Source: Vicugna vicugna (Eukaryota). From it: a stretch of 64,000 nucleotides of DNA. Position 1 is the first letter of the stretch; each line of letters starts with the position of its first letter. The stretch spans positions 5,190,745 through 5,254,744 of the forward strand of contig MU058423.1 in the NCBI GenBank assembly GCA_013265495.1. Direction: 5' to 3'. A program made the position numbers and the translations under genes. Positions 50,646 to 64,000 of this stretch are shown one piece after another. Below the pieces are notes generated by a model. It was given only the letters and a program-made list of their open reading frames with translations, did no database searches and had not been told where the DNA came from.

Positions 50646-51319
50646 AACCCTCACCTTTGTTTGGACCCAAACCTTAGTATTTACATATGTGGTTGATCTT
50701 CCTGCCCTCCGTTCACTACTAATGAGATGATTTCTTGGTTAGAAGTTTTAATAAGTTATAAATTGATGTTTATCCTGTATCCTAGTAACATTCACATAAA
50801 CCTAGGAGGCACAGTCATCCAGTAAGCAACAAGCATCAAACCTTTCAAGAAGCCATTTATCCATTACTGGGTTTAAAGCTTCCTCTGCCATTATCTCATA
50901 AATCTCAGATCTGCTCTCACTCAGAGAGTCAATGTCCTCTCAGTCAGGGAGTAACTGACACTTCAGCAAAATCTCTTCCATTCTGATCTTCCCTTTAAGA
51001 GAAGTGATTGTTTCATATTATCTGTGCTGGGGTATAAAATTTTTATTAATTTTTGGAATAAATGCTTGCCATGCGCACAGTGAATAAGTCTCAGAGAAGG
51101 TACTTGTTTAAGAAATACGGCTGTGACTCCCTGGGCATCTGAGCATTTACTGGATTAAGTAGCTGGGCTTCAAACATTTCAGATATAGATACATAATGGT
51201 ATATGAATAGAATTATTCAACCTGGGACTTTAGTACAACAGAAGGTTTTACTGACAAAACCTGAGTCCATACTTGATAATAAAATCGTATGTTGGGCACT
51301 ATGCATACATACATTCCAC

Positions 51320-51625
51320 AGAGCTATTCTGTCCAATACAGTAGTCACTAGTCCAGTGAGGCTATTGAGTACTTTTGAAATGTGTCTAGTCCAATTGAGA
51401 TGTGCTCTAAGTATAACATACCCTTTAGATTAGGAAGACTCAATTGAAAAAATAATCTCAATAATTTTTACCATTTATTACATGTTGAAATAATATTTTT
51501 ATCTTGTTGAATTAAAATATGTTGTTAAAATGAATGTTTTTTCTTTTTTCTAAGATGTGGCTACTATTAAATTAAATATTACATATGTGGTTATCATTAT
51601 ATTTCCATGGAGCAGTGATATTCTG
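51320..51625. mobile_element. MER33/MER3-like hAT-Charlie DNA transposon
   Basis: ctgtccaatacagtagtcactagtccagtgaggctattgagtacttttgaaatgtgtctagt...tattacatatgtggttatcattatatttccatggagcagtg. Confidence 0.85.
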
Positions 51626-52039
51626 GAGAATAAAAAGTAGATTCTGATAGCAATTGCAATTTCTCATTCATTTAAGGGCTTAAAAGAACACTTAAGCATT
51701 ATAGCTAAGAGAATAGTTTTGATGTATGAGTCCTCCAATTCTGTCTTTCTAACCTGAAAACTCTTTCCTTCAATCTTTTCTATATCTATACTATCTTTAA
51801 CAGATAAGTTTTTTCATGCACAATAGGTAAAGAATAATTGTTTTAACAGTTTTAACCTTTGCTGATAGGATAGGCTATTTTCTACTTGAATGAAGGAAGA
51901 ACTGAAAATCAAATTCCCCCATTTGGGAGTGCTATAGCATTTCTGTAAAATAACAGGTTAAGTTCTCTTTGGTAGATGAGATGTGGGAAGTCTTCTATTT
52001 ACTCTTCTTGCCAACACTGTTACCACCATCACTGTGGTA

Positions 52040-52260
52040 CCTCCATCATTTACAATAATGTCTGTCATGCCTTAGGTATATAAGAACTTACTGTGCTAAG
52101 TACTGTAGATCCATCATCTTACAACAATACTGTAGGGTATTAACTCCATTTTATAGGAAAATAGAAACAAATAATTTGCTCAAGATCACAAAACTAATAA
52201 ATAATAGAGACAAAAATCTGCCTGTAAAACCTGTGCCTTTAACAACTATGATTTACTGTC
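52040..52260 (-). mobile_element. MIR SINE
   Basis: actgtgctaagtact...ccattttatagg...taatttgctcaagatcaca. Confidence 0.7.
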
Positions 52261-52919
52261 CAATATTATCGTGGCAATAAAAGTGCTACCTGAGATACCA
52301 CTCAAACTTCTGAGAAGACTGAATAATCAAATTATCAATTATAATTATGCTTCCATTATTAATGCCTGATTGTACATCATTAAAAAGTTCTATTATATTT
52401 CTATTGTCCTATGAAAAATCATTCTAATTATTTAAAATATATTTATGTAACTCTCCTGCTTAATTCACTTATTCACCCAGCCAGTATCTTCTGAAGGCAG
52501 CACTATAGCATTTCCGATACACAGTTCATTTTCCAGAGAAGGATGTTTGCTGCTACAGTCCCTACTCACTAAATTCTAACCGTGCTTCCCTACTCATTGT
52601 AAGGACTAAAGACTCTCCCATGCATTTCCATGTAGCATGGTAGACGGGGAGGTAGGGAGCAGAGGATGTCTGTGGCTGACTACCACTGAACATCTGATTC
52701 AAATGTTCATATTTAACCAAAGCCTTGTATTCATATCCTTGCCATTACAGCTTAATATTGCCCTATGAATAGGAATCTACACCCCCCGCCCTTCCTCCCC
52801 TCCCACAGGTATGATCTTAGCTGGCTCTCTCCGTTTCCATTTTACAAAGTAGTCTCAATCGGATCCTCCTGGGAAAATCTCCATTTATATTTTTAGATGT
52901 CTGCTTTACTTTTTGTTTA

Positions 52920-54490
52920 GAAACTATTAAAAACTTACAGAAAGAACTTACAGAAACTTCCAAAGAATAGAACACTTCAATTATATACTTTTCCGGAACC
53001 ATTTATGGGTAATTTGCTGACATAATGCCCCATTGCTCCAGATTATTTAACTATAATTTTCTACGTATAAGGCGACCATCCTATAAAACCACAACACAAC
53101 TATCAAAATCCGTTAATTATCATTATGTATAAGGTTATTTTCTAAAGATGGTTGAAACTCAGTATCTCTTCCATGTCACATGCTCTTATAAAGGGAGTTT
53201 CACACTCCTCAGGGAATGTTAAGGTTTCAGCCTGGGGGAGGAGGAAGTGGAGGAGTCTTCAGCCCCTGTCCTTGAATCTGCATAGGCCCTGTGACTTCTC
53301 AAGCTAATTCATAAGTGGTGACAGATCTGTCTGATTCTCCGGGCACAACTGCTCTTGGGACTGAGGCACCACGCTGTGAGGAAGTTTAAGTGTTGACATG
53401 GACAGTCCACAGTAAAGTCTGGGTTCTGGGCCAACGATCAGAATCAACCACCAGACACGTGAATAAATAAGCCTTCAAATGATTCCTGCTACCAGCCAGC
53501 AAGTCTTTTCAGCTGAAACTCCTGATATCATGGAGCAGAAGGAAATCATCTCCACGAACCCTTTCCAAATTCCTAATGCACAGAATCTGTGAGCATGGAA
53601 AATCATTATTGTTGTATGCCATGAAGTTAAGAGTAATTTCAAATGCAGGAACAGATAATTAGCACAATACAATCATCTGATCCTGAAACCCAGTTCAAGT
53701 TTTGCCAAATATCCTCTTAGAAAATCCTTTCTAATAAAGGATTCAGTTCAAAAGTGTTATATTCATTTATTAACCTCCTTCAATATGAAACAGTTCCTCA
53801 GTCTTTTTTTGTTTGTTTATTTCATGATATTAATGTTTTTGAGGATTATAGGCCTGTTATTTTACAGAATTCTCTTAGACTTAGGTTTGTCTGAGATTTC
53901 CTTTTGATTGTATTCAGGTTATGCATCTTTAGCAGGAATACCACAGGACTGAGGTGTTTTTCTCCTTCATTTCTATCAGCTAGCACACAAATTTAACTTG
54001 TTCCATTACTGGAAATATTCACTTTGATACTCAATTAATGTGGTGTCTGTCAGGTTTCGACACTTTCTTTTGTAATTAGTAAGTGTTTTGTTGGAAGATA
54101 CTTTGATACTATATAAATGTCCTTTTTATCATCAAACATTTATTCATTTAGTTTTTACATAAATACAGACACATGATTCTTACTTTATGCTATGAGATAA
54201 TACATTATCATTTTACCTTCATGCCCAAATTGTCCCAGATTTGGTCTGTGTAATAATCTCCCTTAAACCGGGTGCTGTGCCCTTTTGACATCTATCATCC
54301 ATTGATACGGTATTTTTATTTCTCAAAATTAAGGAAATTTTCTATCTTCTCGCACAGTAAGATGTTCAGGTTCATCTTGCACTTCTCTGCCCTACTGTTA
54401 GAATCAACAATTTCTCCAAGGAGTCCTAGTCACGTTTAGTGAAGAATGGTGTTTAAAAAACAACATCTGGTCACTAAGTGTGTTTGTGTT
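52920..54490 (-). mobile_element. L1MC4/5-like 3' region, interrupted by an MLT1 LTR
   Basis: aacttacagaaaga...accatttatgggtaatttgctgacataatgcccc; gaaacagttcctcagtctttt; aaattgtcccagatttgg; caatttctccaaggagtcctag. Confidence 0.75.
53126..53666 (+). mobile_element. MaLR LTR (MLT1H/F-like)
   Basis: TG...CA ends; caccacgctgtgaggaag; atcaaccaccagacacgtgaat; atcatggagcagaag. Confidence 0.8.
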
Positions 54491-54741
54491 TTATGCAAAC
54501 CGGCACACACAGTCTCTTTCCTGGCTTGGACAACTTCAGTTCCCTACTACTGCCCACTAATGCATTTCTCCAAGACTAAAATAACATGTGTGCATGCATA
54601 TACGTAAGATATCTTAACTTTTTCCTCTTTAGTAAACAGTCTTTTTGTAAACGAACATTTCCAATCTTTTGTCCTAACTCTGCTACTTGAAAGGAATAAT
54701 GCTGTTCATTCATTAATTTATAGACATTATAACTCTGTCCT

Positions 54742-54792
54742 GGCCAAATATAAACACACACACAGGCCAAATATCAACACACACACACACAC
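54742..54792. repeat. Duplicated 23-bp unit containing (AC)n
   Basis: ggccaaatataaacacacacaca followed by ggccaaatatcaacacacacacacacac. Confidence 0.9.
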
Positions 54793-57700
54793 ATTTTACG
54801 CCACAGATCACTTCACTGACAAACTAAAGAATGCTTGGTTAAATACACTTTGAAACCTGAAATCCCATGAGAGTCAATTGTGCAAATCTGTTTTATGTGA
54901 TAATTGACTATGTAAAACCTGAATTACAACAGTATAGAATGATTTGGAATTTTATTTAGACAGTCCCCTGTGTCAAATAAAAGGGAGTTAGATTTATTCA
55001 ATGGAATGTTAATTTTCATAAAAATGCAGGTTCTTAACTAAGCCATATCTTCTAACACAATTCAGGATAGGGTTTTGAATACAGATAAACCTTAGTGGAA
55101 ATGATATAAATAGTCAAAGATTAATGAGTAGAATTTTGTGTCAAAAATAGTGTTAGTTATTGGGAACACATAGATTTAAGACACATTCCCTATCTTGAGG
55201 AGTCTGCTGTCTAGCGAGGAAAGTAGCTATATTAATAAGGGAAATACAGTGTGATGAAGGCAAGAGCAGTGATGGTCACATGATGAGCAGATGTACAGGT
55301 GTCCCCACCAGTGAGCAGAGGATGAAACTGGTAGGAAAGGACTCCCATCTTGCTCCTTGAAGCAGACCAGGCAAGGTAGGAATCCACCTGCAGAACACAC
55401 TCTTTCAAGCAGCTTTCCTACTTTGGGAGTATTTTTAATCCAAGGGGATGGATATAAACACAGCTAAGTTGCAGAAGCAGAGGTATTTTCAAGAGCAGCC
55501 AGGTTCACAGCAAGGAGAATAATGTCAAGGTATGAGCTAGACTCTGAAGAGCTGCTGTTTTCCTAGATTTAAAAACCAGAGCTTTTAAACCCTTCATATT
55601 ATGACTGTGTGTTAAAAAAGAGAGAACGCAAAAAATGGCATGATTTCCTTATCCTAAAAACCGGCCATACTACAATAATTTACTCCTATCTCCTGCTGAC
55701 ATGATACATCTTCAGAACATATCATTTAAGGTTAATTTACTTATATTTCTATACTGGCAGAGTGTGTAACATACTGTGCTTTTTAAAAAGTCTGCAAAAT
55801 TTATCATGCTGGCTCTTTATATTTATGGAACAAGGTGGGAAATATAATTAACAGTTCTTTTTTCCATATTACTTTTTTAAATATCATATTTCTTTAAACC
55901 ATTTACAGATTACACATTGCTTCAATTTTGTCTATCTTCCGAGAGTGTAGGCTGTATTTAGACTGATTATGTTTTAGTGCATTCTAAGATAGTAGGAAGC
56001 CAAAATGTCTTCCACATCATGTTAAGTCATAAATTTATTCAAGGCTGCAGATAACTTTTTTTAAAATAGGTGTTTCATTTCATTATACTGAGTCCTAGGA
56101 CAAACATCATGGGATAAACATACTGTAAATATTTACATTTCTTCACAATAATGGGAATCACAAGGCTAAATCCCTATGTATTGCTCTAAATATTTATCCT
56201 CATGTGCTAGCAAATGCGCTCAAGGACAAGAGCAATCACTGAGGTGTTCACAAATAATAAGAGCTGCTTAATCTAGGCAAGTAGATAGCTCCCACGTGCA
56301 ACAGGAAAATGCAGGAAAGAAAAAAAGAAATCGAGTGGTGTCCCACCAAGTTTTTTTCACAGACATACATACACATAAATAATTATACATATAGAAAAAT
56401 GTTCATAATACAATTAATTTCATTTATATTACATATATAGCTCACAAATGTCTGAGGACATCAAGGGACAGTTTTAACTCCTGCTACTTGTAAAGGACGT
56501 GGTAAGATGGGAAGTCAGGATAAACTACAGTCTTTAAAACTGAGAGTGAGAGACTTAAGTCACCCTCAGAAAGTACCTCTAACTCCATGAAATGTCCTGG
56601 CAACAGAGAGAAAACTGTTTTCCTTCTTCCTTTAATCAGGCAGCTGATTAACACTGACGTCTTAAAATCTCTTTCTTTATTGTGACAGTTTACAATTACA
56701 GCTCGTTTTCTGTTGTTATTCCCAGTATACTTGACCTGTTCCTTTAATAAGAAGGTTCTCCAACCTTAAGCCAGTCTTCTGTTTCTCCCCCAATCTACTT
56801 CACCCAAGTAATTTTCACTTCGTTTTCTGCTTACAGCAATATTTATGGACTACCACTTCAAATACATGTTCATATCAATTTTCTTGAAGTTTTCTAGATC
56901 AGTACGAGACCAAACAGAAACAGAAACAACTGAAAGAAAAAGTAGTACCTGAAGATTCTGTACCTTAACATATAAACTTATAGTTAATAAAAGCAGACAT
57001 AGCTCTGATTCAAAAATATATTCAAATACTAGGGAAGAATGTGTAAACCGAACATCACAGACATAAATTTCAGCAAATGACAGAAAACAAGTTAATAAAG
57101 AAGGGGAACATCTGAATTAGACCCTGATGATGATGACATATATCTTAGTCACGTCTGCCTTACAGTTTCATCAGATGTTTATAAAGAAGGGTTTGAGTAT
57201 TTTAATCACATAATCTCGTAACATTAAAACTAAACAGTGTTTGCAGTTGCTGTTATCTGTGTGTGTATGAATGTGTCTGTGTGTGTGTGTATATGTATTT
57301 CTGAATATATATTACACAGTATATAAATACACAGCATAACCAAACACTTGAATGAATAAATATACATAATACAGATACCCTAGAAATCTCTTGAATCATT
57401 TTCCAGTATCATCAAGAAGAGATTTTTAATCTGATGGACTCTGTGGCCATTTTCCTACAACGTTTTAAGCTTAACGCTGGCAGGTCAACTGAGCAGCACT
57501 TCTTAAAGAGGATCACTGCCTGAGGGCACTCTTGTTATCCACCCATAGACTGATATGCTTTTTATTACAAGATATTATTTTATGAAGTCACTTGAACTTG
57601 TTATGTTACAGAATAGTTTGTCAAAACATTTGCTCTCCAATTTCTTGTGTAGTTGCATAATCCAAAATTAGAACATGACACTTTTTCCTTAGCTGGCCTG

Positions 57701-58721
57701 AGAATCAGTTATAAATTGACCAAAATGCTTTATCTCAGTTATGAAGATTAAAGTTATCTGTTTCATGAGCTTTTATTTGCACTGGTTCTTTAAGCACTAT
57801 TTTTTTTTCCATCTTTTTATGCCCAGCACCGGACATAATACAAGAAATATATTAGGTCCCCAAGAAATGCTTGCTGAATTGAACTTACTGAGAACCAAGC
57901 TGCTGTTGGTTTACTTTTCTCCATACATCATTTTAAAATCAATACTCTATAGACGTGAAATTCAATAAAATAAAATAATACACAGTACAGATATTACCAT
58001 AGTAAATAATTAATTTTTCATTGATTTTTCCCTACCATTATTATAATACAGACACAAATTTCTATTGAGTATCTATCTATTCTCTGGCAAGTCCTACTTT
58101 GCTTGCTGAGTATGAACAAAATCTTGGATCTGAACACAAAGAGCTCACAAGTCTTGTGAGAGCAATTCTAGCATAATGTTTTACATTCTGAGATGGAGGT
58201 GAGTACATAAGAACATAGGACGTACTCATTCATTTCTGGAAAGGGAATAAAGGCCAGTTTTCAAAAGAAAATAATACCTAAAATAACATGTTTTATTTAC
58301 TATGTCCATTCTCAGTGTCTAAAAATGGCCAATAATAAAGAAATGTTTAATACTTATTGAATCTGCAATGATGTTTTGACAATATATTATCATTTAACTG
58401 TTATTTCCCTTGATATTCTTCTTGACTGAAGAAAAAGCATCCTCACCTATACTGAATAAACCAAAGATTGTTCAAACTTAAAGCAGTACCTGTCTTTGAA
58501 CTATTAAAGTTTTTTTTTTTTAATGTAAAATAATTTTTGGAGTAGGATAGAATTTGAGATTTAAAATAAAAGCCACTTACACGTGTAGAATGAAATTAAT
58601 TTGCGAGTGCCATCATATAGAAATTGTCTTTCAATAAAAGTTTTTTAAAAATGTAAGTATGGTGCTATTTTGTTAATCTCATAATTAAAGGGATCAATTT
58701 AAGCAAAACTGAGAAATAACC

Positions 58722-58735
58722 CTGCCCTCTAGTGG
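58722..58735 (-). promoter_or_regulatory. Candidate CTCF binding site
   Basis: Minus strand CCACTAGAGGGCAG matches the CTCF core consensus CCASYAGRKGGCRS. Confidence 0.6.
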
Positions 58736-59719
58736 TATTTAATAAATGTTAAAATATACTGAAAACAGCAATGTGTTGCCACAGCAAATATTACATTTAC
58801 ACAGATTTGAGTAGAAAGACTAAAACCTTGTATTTTGCATTAACAAAGTCACATGTTTAAACTCACAGTTTTGGATGTTGTTGGAACATTTCATTTCCTT
58901 ACGAATTTAGTAAAACAAACTGCACTACATGAAAAGTGTCACCATGTCTCCGTGAATGGCATTACCAAGACTAAATTAGATTCTTTGATGGAATCCTCTT
59001 CCCATTTGAATTCTGATTAGAGATCCACTAAGAAAAAATTTACAAAATCTCACAGTTTCCTTATTCAACCCCTTACCAATTTACCTTCCCATTCAGTTCT
59101 CTGCGTTGCTCCAGCAAGCCCTCTTCATGGTGTGTGTCTCTGCTTGAAGACTGGAAAAATCATGTCTCTCTTTACTGGCACAACACTCTGAAGATCTGTA
59201 TAAAGAATGCAACTTATCAATTTAATTTAATATTTTCTTTATGATCCTTGCAATCTCTATATGCTTGATTATATGTTAGATGCCATCTAAAATGCATTTC
59301 CTCCCATGGGCTTCTGCTACAAGAAAAGTATCATTTTTTCAGGCAAACATAGCATAATTGTACAAAAAGAAATGATATTATAAAAGAATAGATACATGTA
59401 CTGAAATATAAAGACAGAAATCCTAAAATTTGGACTATCTGCATTTTTAAAATCAGAACCTATTTCTACCTTTGACTGTCATAAAAACATCAGAGCGATC
59501 TTCTAGTTGTAGAATAACATTAAGAATTGTTAGTTATTTTAGAAATAACTAGATCAATCACTCCATTTACAATGAAATAAATGTTCAAAGAGATCTATTA
59601 ACTTAGTCAAGGTTGTGCAGTTGGTTTGTTGGTTGGTTCACTGAAAGCCAGAACTACACAGCAAGATACATCTTTTGGTTCAATGCTTTCAACTTACCAT
59701 CATACCTACAAGTATGCTT

Positions 59720-60161
59720 TTCTACAGTTCAGAAATATATCATATTCACATTTTAATCCCCAGAATCTCTGAATATGTTATCTTACAGAGCAAAAGATAA
59801 AAAAGATGGGAGGATTACCCTGGAGTAGGTCTGACGTAATCATAGGGTGGTTATTACAAAAAGACAGGAGGGTCAGAATCAAAGCAGAAGTCTTGAAAAA
59901 TGTGGAGGAGAGACAGAGAAAGAGAGAGAGAGATTTGAAAATGCTGTGTCTTGAAGATGGGGGTTATGACACAAAGAATGCAGGAAGTCTCTAGAAACTG
60001 GAAAAAATAAGAAATTCTCACCTCAAGTCTCCAGAAGGAACACAGCCCTGTCAATCCATTTTCGACTTCTGACCAGAAGAACCTTAAGCTAATAAATCTG
60101 TGTTGTTTTAAACCACTAAATTTGCTGTAATTTGTTACAGCAATATAAGAAAAGTAATACA
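59720..60161 (+). mobile_element. MaLR LTR (MLT1D-like)
   Basis: taatccccagaatctctgaatatgttatcttac...ctctagaaactggaaaa...ctccagaaggaacacagccctg...aataaatctgtgttgttttaaaccactaaatttg...aagtaataca. Confidence 0.9.
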
Positions 60162-62409
60162 ACCCTAACTGGATTATACATTTCATAAAGTCTGGAATTG
60201 TTTCTTCTCTTTTACTTATTCTATTGATTGTCAAAGTAGAGTGCCTAATCTGGGACTTACTAAGATGAGACATAACCCATCCCAACCCACAAAAACGTAA
60301 GCACTGACATCATGGGAGGGGCTCAGAAATCTGTGACATGAGAATCCCTATAAGTGATGAATGCTAAGTTTGTGAGTATGTGTTTCTCCACATAATTTTA
60401 ATTATTATTTTAATTATTTTTGGAAAAACCATGGTCATTCCTCAATTAATTAATTAGTTAAGATTAGTATCTGCAGAGGGGAGGAAACTTGACTTAAGAG
60501 TTGTATATATATTCAATATGTGATTGTAAGACACAAACCAATTGCAGAAATATATTACCAAATTACAGACTTTAAAAAGGTACACTTTAAGATAGAAGGA
60601 AATTTTAACTTTTATTTATTTGTTTAACATTTTCCCCCAATAAACCACATTTTCTATGACAGCAGAACCTTATTCTTGTATCATCAAGGTTGAGCACATA
60701 ATAAATAACAAATTTCTTAAGTAAATGAAGGGCTGTATGCACCAACAGTAACAAAATAGTGTCACCACTTTCTTACCAGTATTAAGAATTCTGAACAAAG
60801 CCAGTTAATTTAGCAGATGGGGAATTAACCTGATTGATCTAGTTTTAACTGGATTACTGGTGAGGTTGAGTAAGATTCCTTATGTTTATATATAAATGTA
60901 TTCTTCATGTCAAATTGTTCGTATGTTTTGACTTTATATCTACTAAGGCTGTATTTTATTTATTTTTTATTTTTTAATTAGGTTGATTCTTGTATGTAAC
61001 AAACAAATTAGCCACTTGACGTTTGAGTAGTATGCAGTCCCTTCAGGAAGTACAATATTTCTCCTATCGGAAGTGCTTTTAGTAATCACACTGTTACTAT
61101 TTTCCTGGCACAGATGTCTAGCATGCCTAAGTTTAAGAAGAGGAATATCTGAAGATCAGGTGGGTATTCAAGCCCCGTTTCCCCCATGCATTCCAAAAAG
61201 AGGATACATAATTCACTCTTTTACTTTGTGAATTAGTCTAGGGTCCAGAGAGAACCTATAAGGCTGGCGATGTAAAACCTATTCCACAAATATGAAAGAT
61301 CCTACCAGGATATTTTGATCTGTAAGAAAACTGAAAGCATTACTTTTCAGTCAGATAAAAACATCCTGAAAAACATTAAATAAAAATGAGGAGAAAATGC
61401 ATTTTAATTACTTGGATTCTGCTAAATAAAAAGAGGAGAAAGTTTCACTTGGGAAAGTCAGCCAATATTTTACAGAATACAGAAAAGTAGTACAATTTAC
61501 ATTGCCACAGACGTGACTTAACACTGCTAAGAGCCTAAATGCGAAACCGAAGTGGATGATATTTACAAGATGGGCTAATTCAGGAAGGTCTTGTGGCTCA
61601 ATTAGAAGCCATTATTTCTTATGTCTTCAGATTTGATTCTATTAGTAAAGTGAAACTCAAATTATGTTAACACATTCAAAGAGGCGGGAACTGTTGAGGA
61701 GAGTGAGAAGTAAATACAACCCATCTGGGCATAGTCGTATTTTCTAAGTAATTTTATCCATAACAGTAGTCACTAAGAAATTGTAATTATATTTATCTTA
61801 ATGGCAGCTTCATAAACTCTCTGGGAAGAATTTAGTCTAAATGGATCCACTTTTACAAATTCCTCAATTTTTTTCTTTGGAAAAAGGTACACATTTGAAG
61901 GAATATTTATTTTCAAATAGGGGTGGAAGGACAAAACCCATAAAAGTTAGTACCTTCTATTTTTCAGTATTTTTGCATATGTATGTTTAAAATCTATTGA
62001 GAACTTGGTAAGCAGTGTAATATACTGATGTACTGATAAGTAAGTGATGTTTATGGCATTAAAATCCTTCCTAAATGGCAAGTCTGCACCATTTTGTAGA
62101 AGGAAAAGTGGGGAAAGGAAGAAGAGAGATTGTACTGGCAGTCGGGGAGTGGAAGGGGCAAACAAGAAATGAGATAGATTCTTAAGACTGACACACGCAT
62201 AAAACAATACACTCTGGAATAGTCAGTGCGCTGCAGTTCAGTCACTGACTAAGCTGTTTTTGCTGACTTGTTGAGTGGCCAGTGCCAACCTTCACTTCTC
62301 ATTGTGTTCAATTCATTTATTCAAGAATTATTACATCAGTCAATGACTGTAGGGCTTCATTTTGTCAAGTGGTAGGGGAAGGGAAGACTAGATACACATT
62401 CATATTCAG

Positions 62410-62585
62410 ATGTTTTAGCTCTCTGACCAAAAGGAATTTACGTAATCTTCAAATCTCTTTACTTATGTGTGAAATAAGGAAAAATATATCTTCCTTACTG
62501 GATGGGTCAAAGGATTTAATGAAATAACACGTGTCAAACATTTAGCACAGTACCAGGCATATGGTAATAAAATAAATAATAGATT
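62410..62585 (+). mobile_element. MIR SINE followed by a (GAT)n tract
   Basis: aaggatttaatgaaataacacgtgtcaaacatttagcacagtaccaggcatatggtaa. Confidence 0.75.
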
Positions 62586-62659
62586 TTAGATGATGGTAAT
62601 GATGATGATGATGGTGATGATGCCATGTGCTTGGGAACTGAAAATAATTTACTAAACTT

Positions 62660-63240
62660 TCTTACAGTATGTAATTTGTCTATCCAATGTCTTAACAGTG
62701 TCTATTGAAAACAGGAGGTTTAAATTATTGATTAGTTTACTCTTTTATCAGTTTACTCTTCTACAGATCATGCTTTTGATGTTGTATTTTGCATATTCTT
62801 TTCCTAAGCCAAAATGACACATATTTTCTCCAATTTTTTTCCCTACAAGTTGCGGAATTTTCAGTATTGCATTTAGGTCTGTGATCTATTCTCAGTTAAT
62901 TATTTTATATGGTGCAAGGTTTGAATTGAAGTTCATTTTTAAACATAGGAATATCCAATTATTCTGCTCATGTGTTGAAAAGACTTTTTATCAGTTGATT
63001 GCTTTTGCACCTTTGATGAAAATTAGTCATCCATATGTGATTAGGGCTATTTATGTGCTCTCTATTCTGTCCCTTTATTCAATTTGTCTACTTTATACCA
63101 ATAACACTGTCTTGGTTAAGGTAGTTTAAAACAAATTTGAAATCAGGTCATATTAGTTTTCCGTCTCAGTAGTTTTGGTTATTCTAGTTTCTTTTCATTT
63201 ATATATTTACTTTAGAATCAGTTTGTCAGTTTCCAAAAAT
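62660..63240 (-). mobile_element. Old L1 ORF2 fragment
   Basis: catttaggtctgtgatctattctcagttaattattttatatggtg...tttagaatcagtttgtcagtttcc. Confidence 0.8.
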
Positions 63241-63249
63241 CCAACAGAC

Positions 63250-64000
63250 TCTTTTTAGAGCAGTTTTAGGTTCACAGTAAAACTGAGAGGAAGATAACAG
63301 AGAATTTCTATATACTCCTTGCCTCTGTATATGCAAAGTCTCTCCCATTCCAGCATGCCTTACCAGAGTAATAAATAGTTACAACTGATGAACTTCAACT
63401 GATGTATCATTATTACCCAAAGTCCACAGTTTAGGATTTATTCTTGGTGTTTTATATTCAGTGGATTTTGGCAAATGCATTATGACAGGTATCCACCATT
63501 GTAGTATCATACAGTATAGTTCTGCTGTCCTAAAATCCTCTGTGCTTCACCTATGTACCTTCCTTCCCCCTAACCTTAACTCCTGGCTACCACTGATCTT
63601 TTTATGGTCTCCATATTTTTGTCTTTTCTGGAATATTGTATAGCTGGAATTACACACTATATAGTCTTTTTAGATTAGTTTCTTTCATTAAGTAATATGT
63701 TTGTAAGTTTCCTCTATTTCTTTTTATGGCTTGTTAGCTCATTTCTTTTTAGTGCTAGCTAATACTCCATTTTTTTGATGTACCACAGTTTATTTAACTA
63801 ATCACTATGGAAAGGGACCGTGGTTGCTTCTAAGTTTTAGCAATTATAAATAAAGCTATTGTAAACATCTGTGTGTTGGTTTTAGTGTGGACATGTTTTC
63901 AACTCATTTAAGTAAATACAGGTAAGAGTGTATTTAGTTCTGCAGGAAATCACCAAACTGTCTTCCCAAGTGGTTGTAGCAGTCTGCATTCCCACCAGCA
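63250..64000 (-). mobile_element. L1MC1-like 3' end (runs off the window)
   Basis: ttttagagcagttttaggttcacagtaaaactgagagg...tcattattacccaaagtccacagttta...ctgcattcccaccagca. Confidence 0.88.

Noticed and set aside
59854..60285. 143-aa minus-strand ORF
   Set aside because: Mostly antisense to an MLT1D-like LTR; chance open frame.

Overview
AT-rich, CpG-poor mammalian DNA, either intergenic or deep intronic. I recognise no host protein-coding gene, RNA gene, CRISPR array or prokaryotic system. A large part of the window is transposable-element debris of several ages. The young L1 3' ends resemble camelid-type L1 from memory, and no Alu, B1, Bov-tA/CHR, PRE-1 or Can-SINE is visible, so a camelid or related cetartiodactyl is my best guess. 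Older layers include L1MA/L1MC/L1ME, MIR, L2, MaLR (MLT1), MLT2, MER77- and MER41-like LTRs and hAT-Charlie MER elements. The best-supported structures are: (i) a decayed minus-strand ERV-L provirus (~42.4-49.1 kb) with gag, protease, RNase H, integrase, dUTPase and a 3' LTR but no reverse transcriptase; (ii) a twin-primed, 5'-inverted young L1 with a 13-bp TSD inserted into that gag; (iii) a complex A-X-B-A'-B' duplication at 30.4-31.4 kb; (iv) a chimeric L1 at 37.5-38.2 kb; (v) a head-to-head L1 pair at 6.8-8.3 kb. Candidate regulatory and splicing signals (CTCF site, ETS/IRF cluster, microexon, recursive splice motif) are motif-level only. Repeat family names come from recollection of consensus sequences, not from a search, and boundaries of old repeats are approximate.
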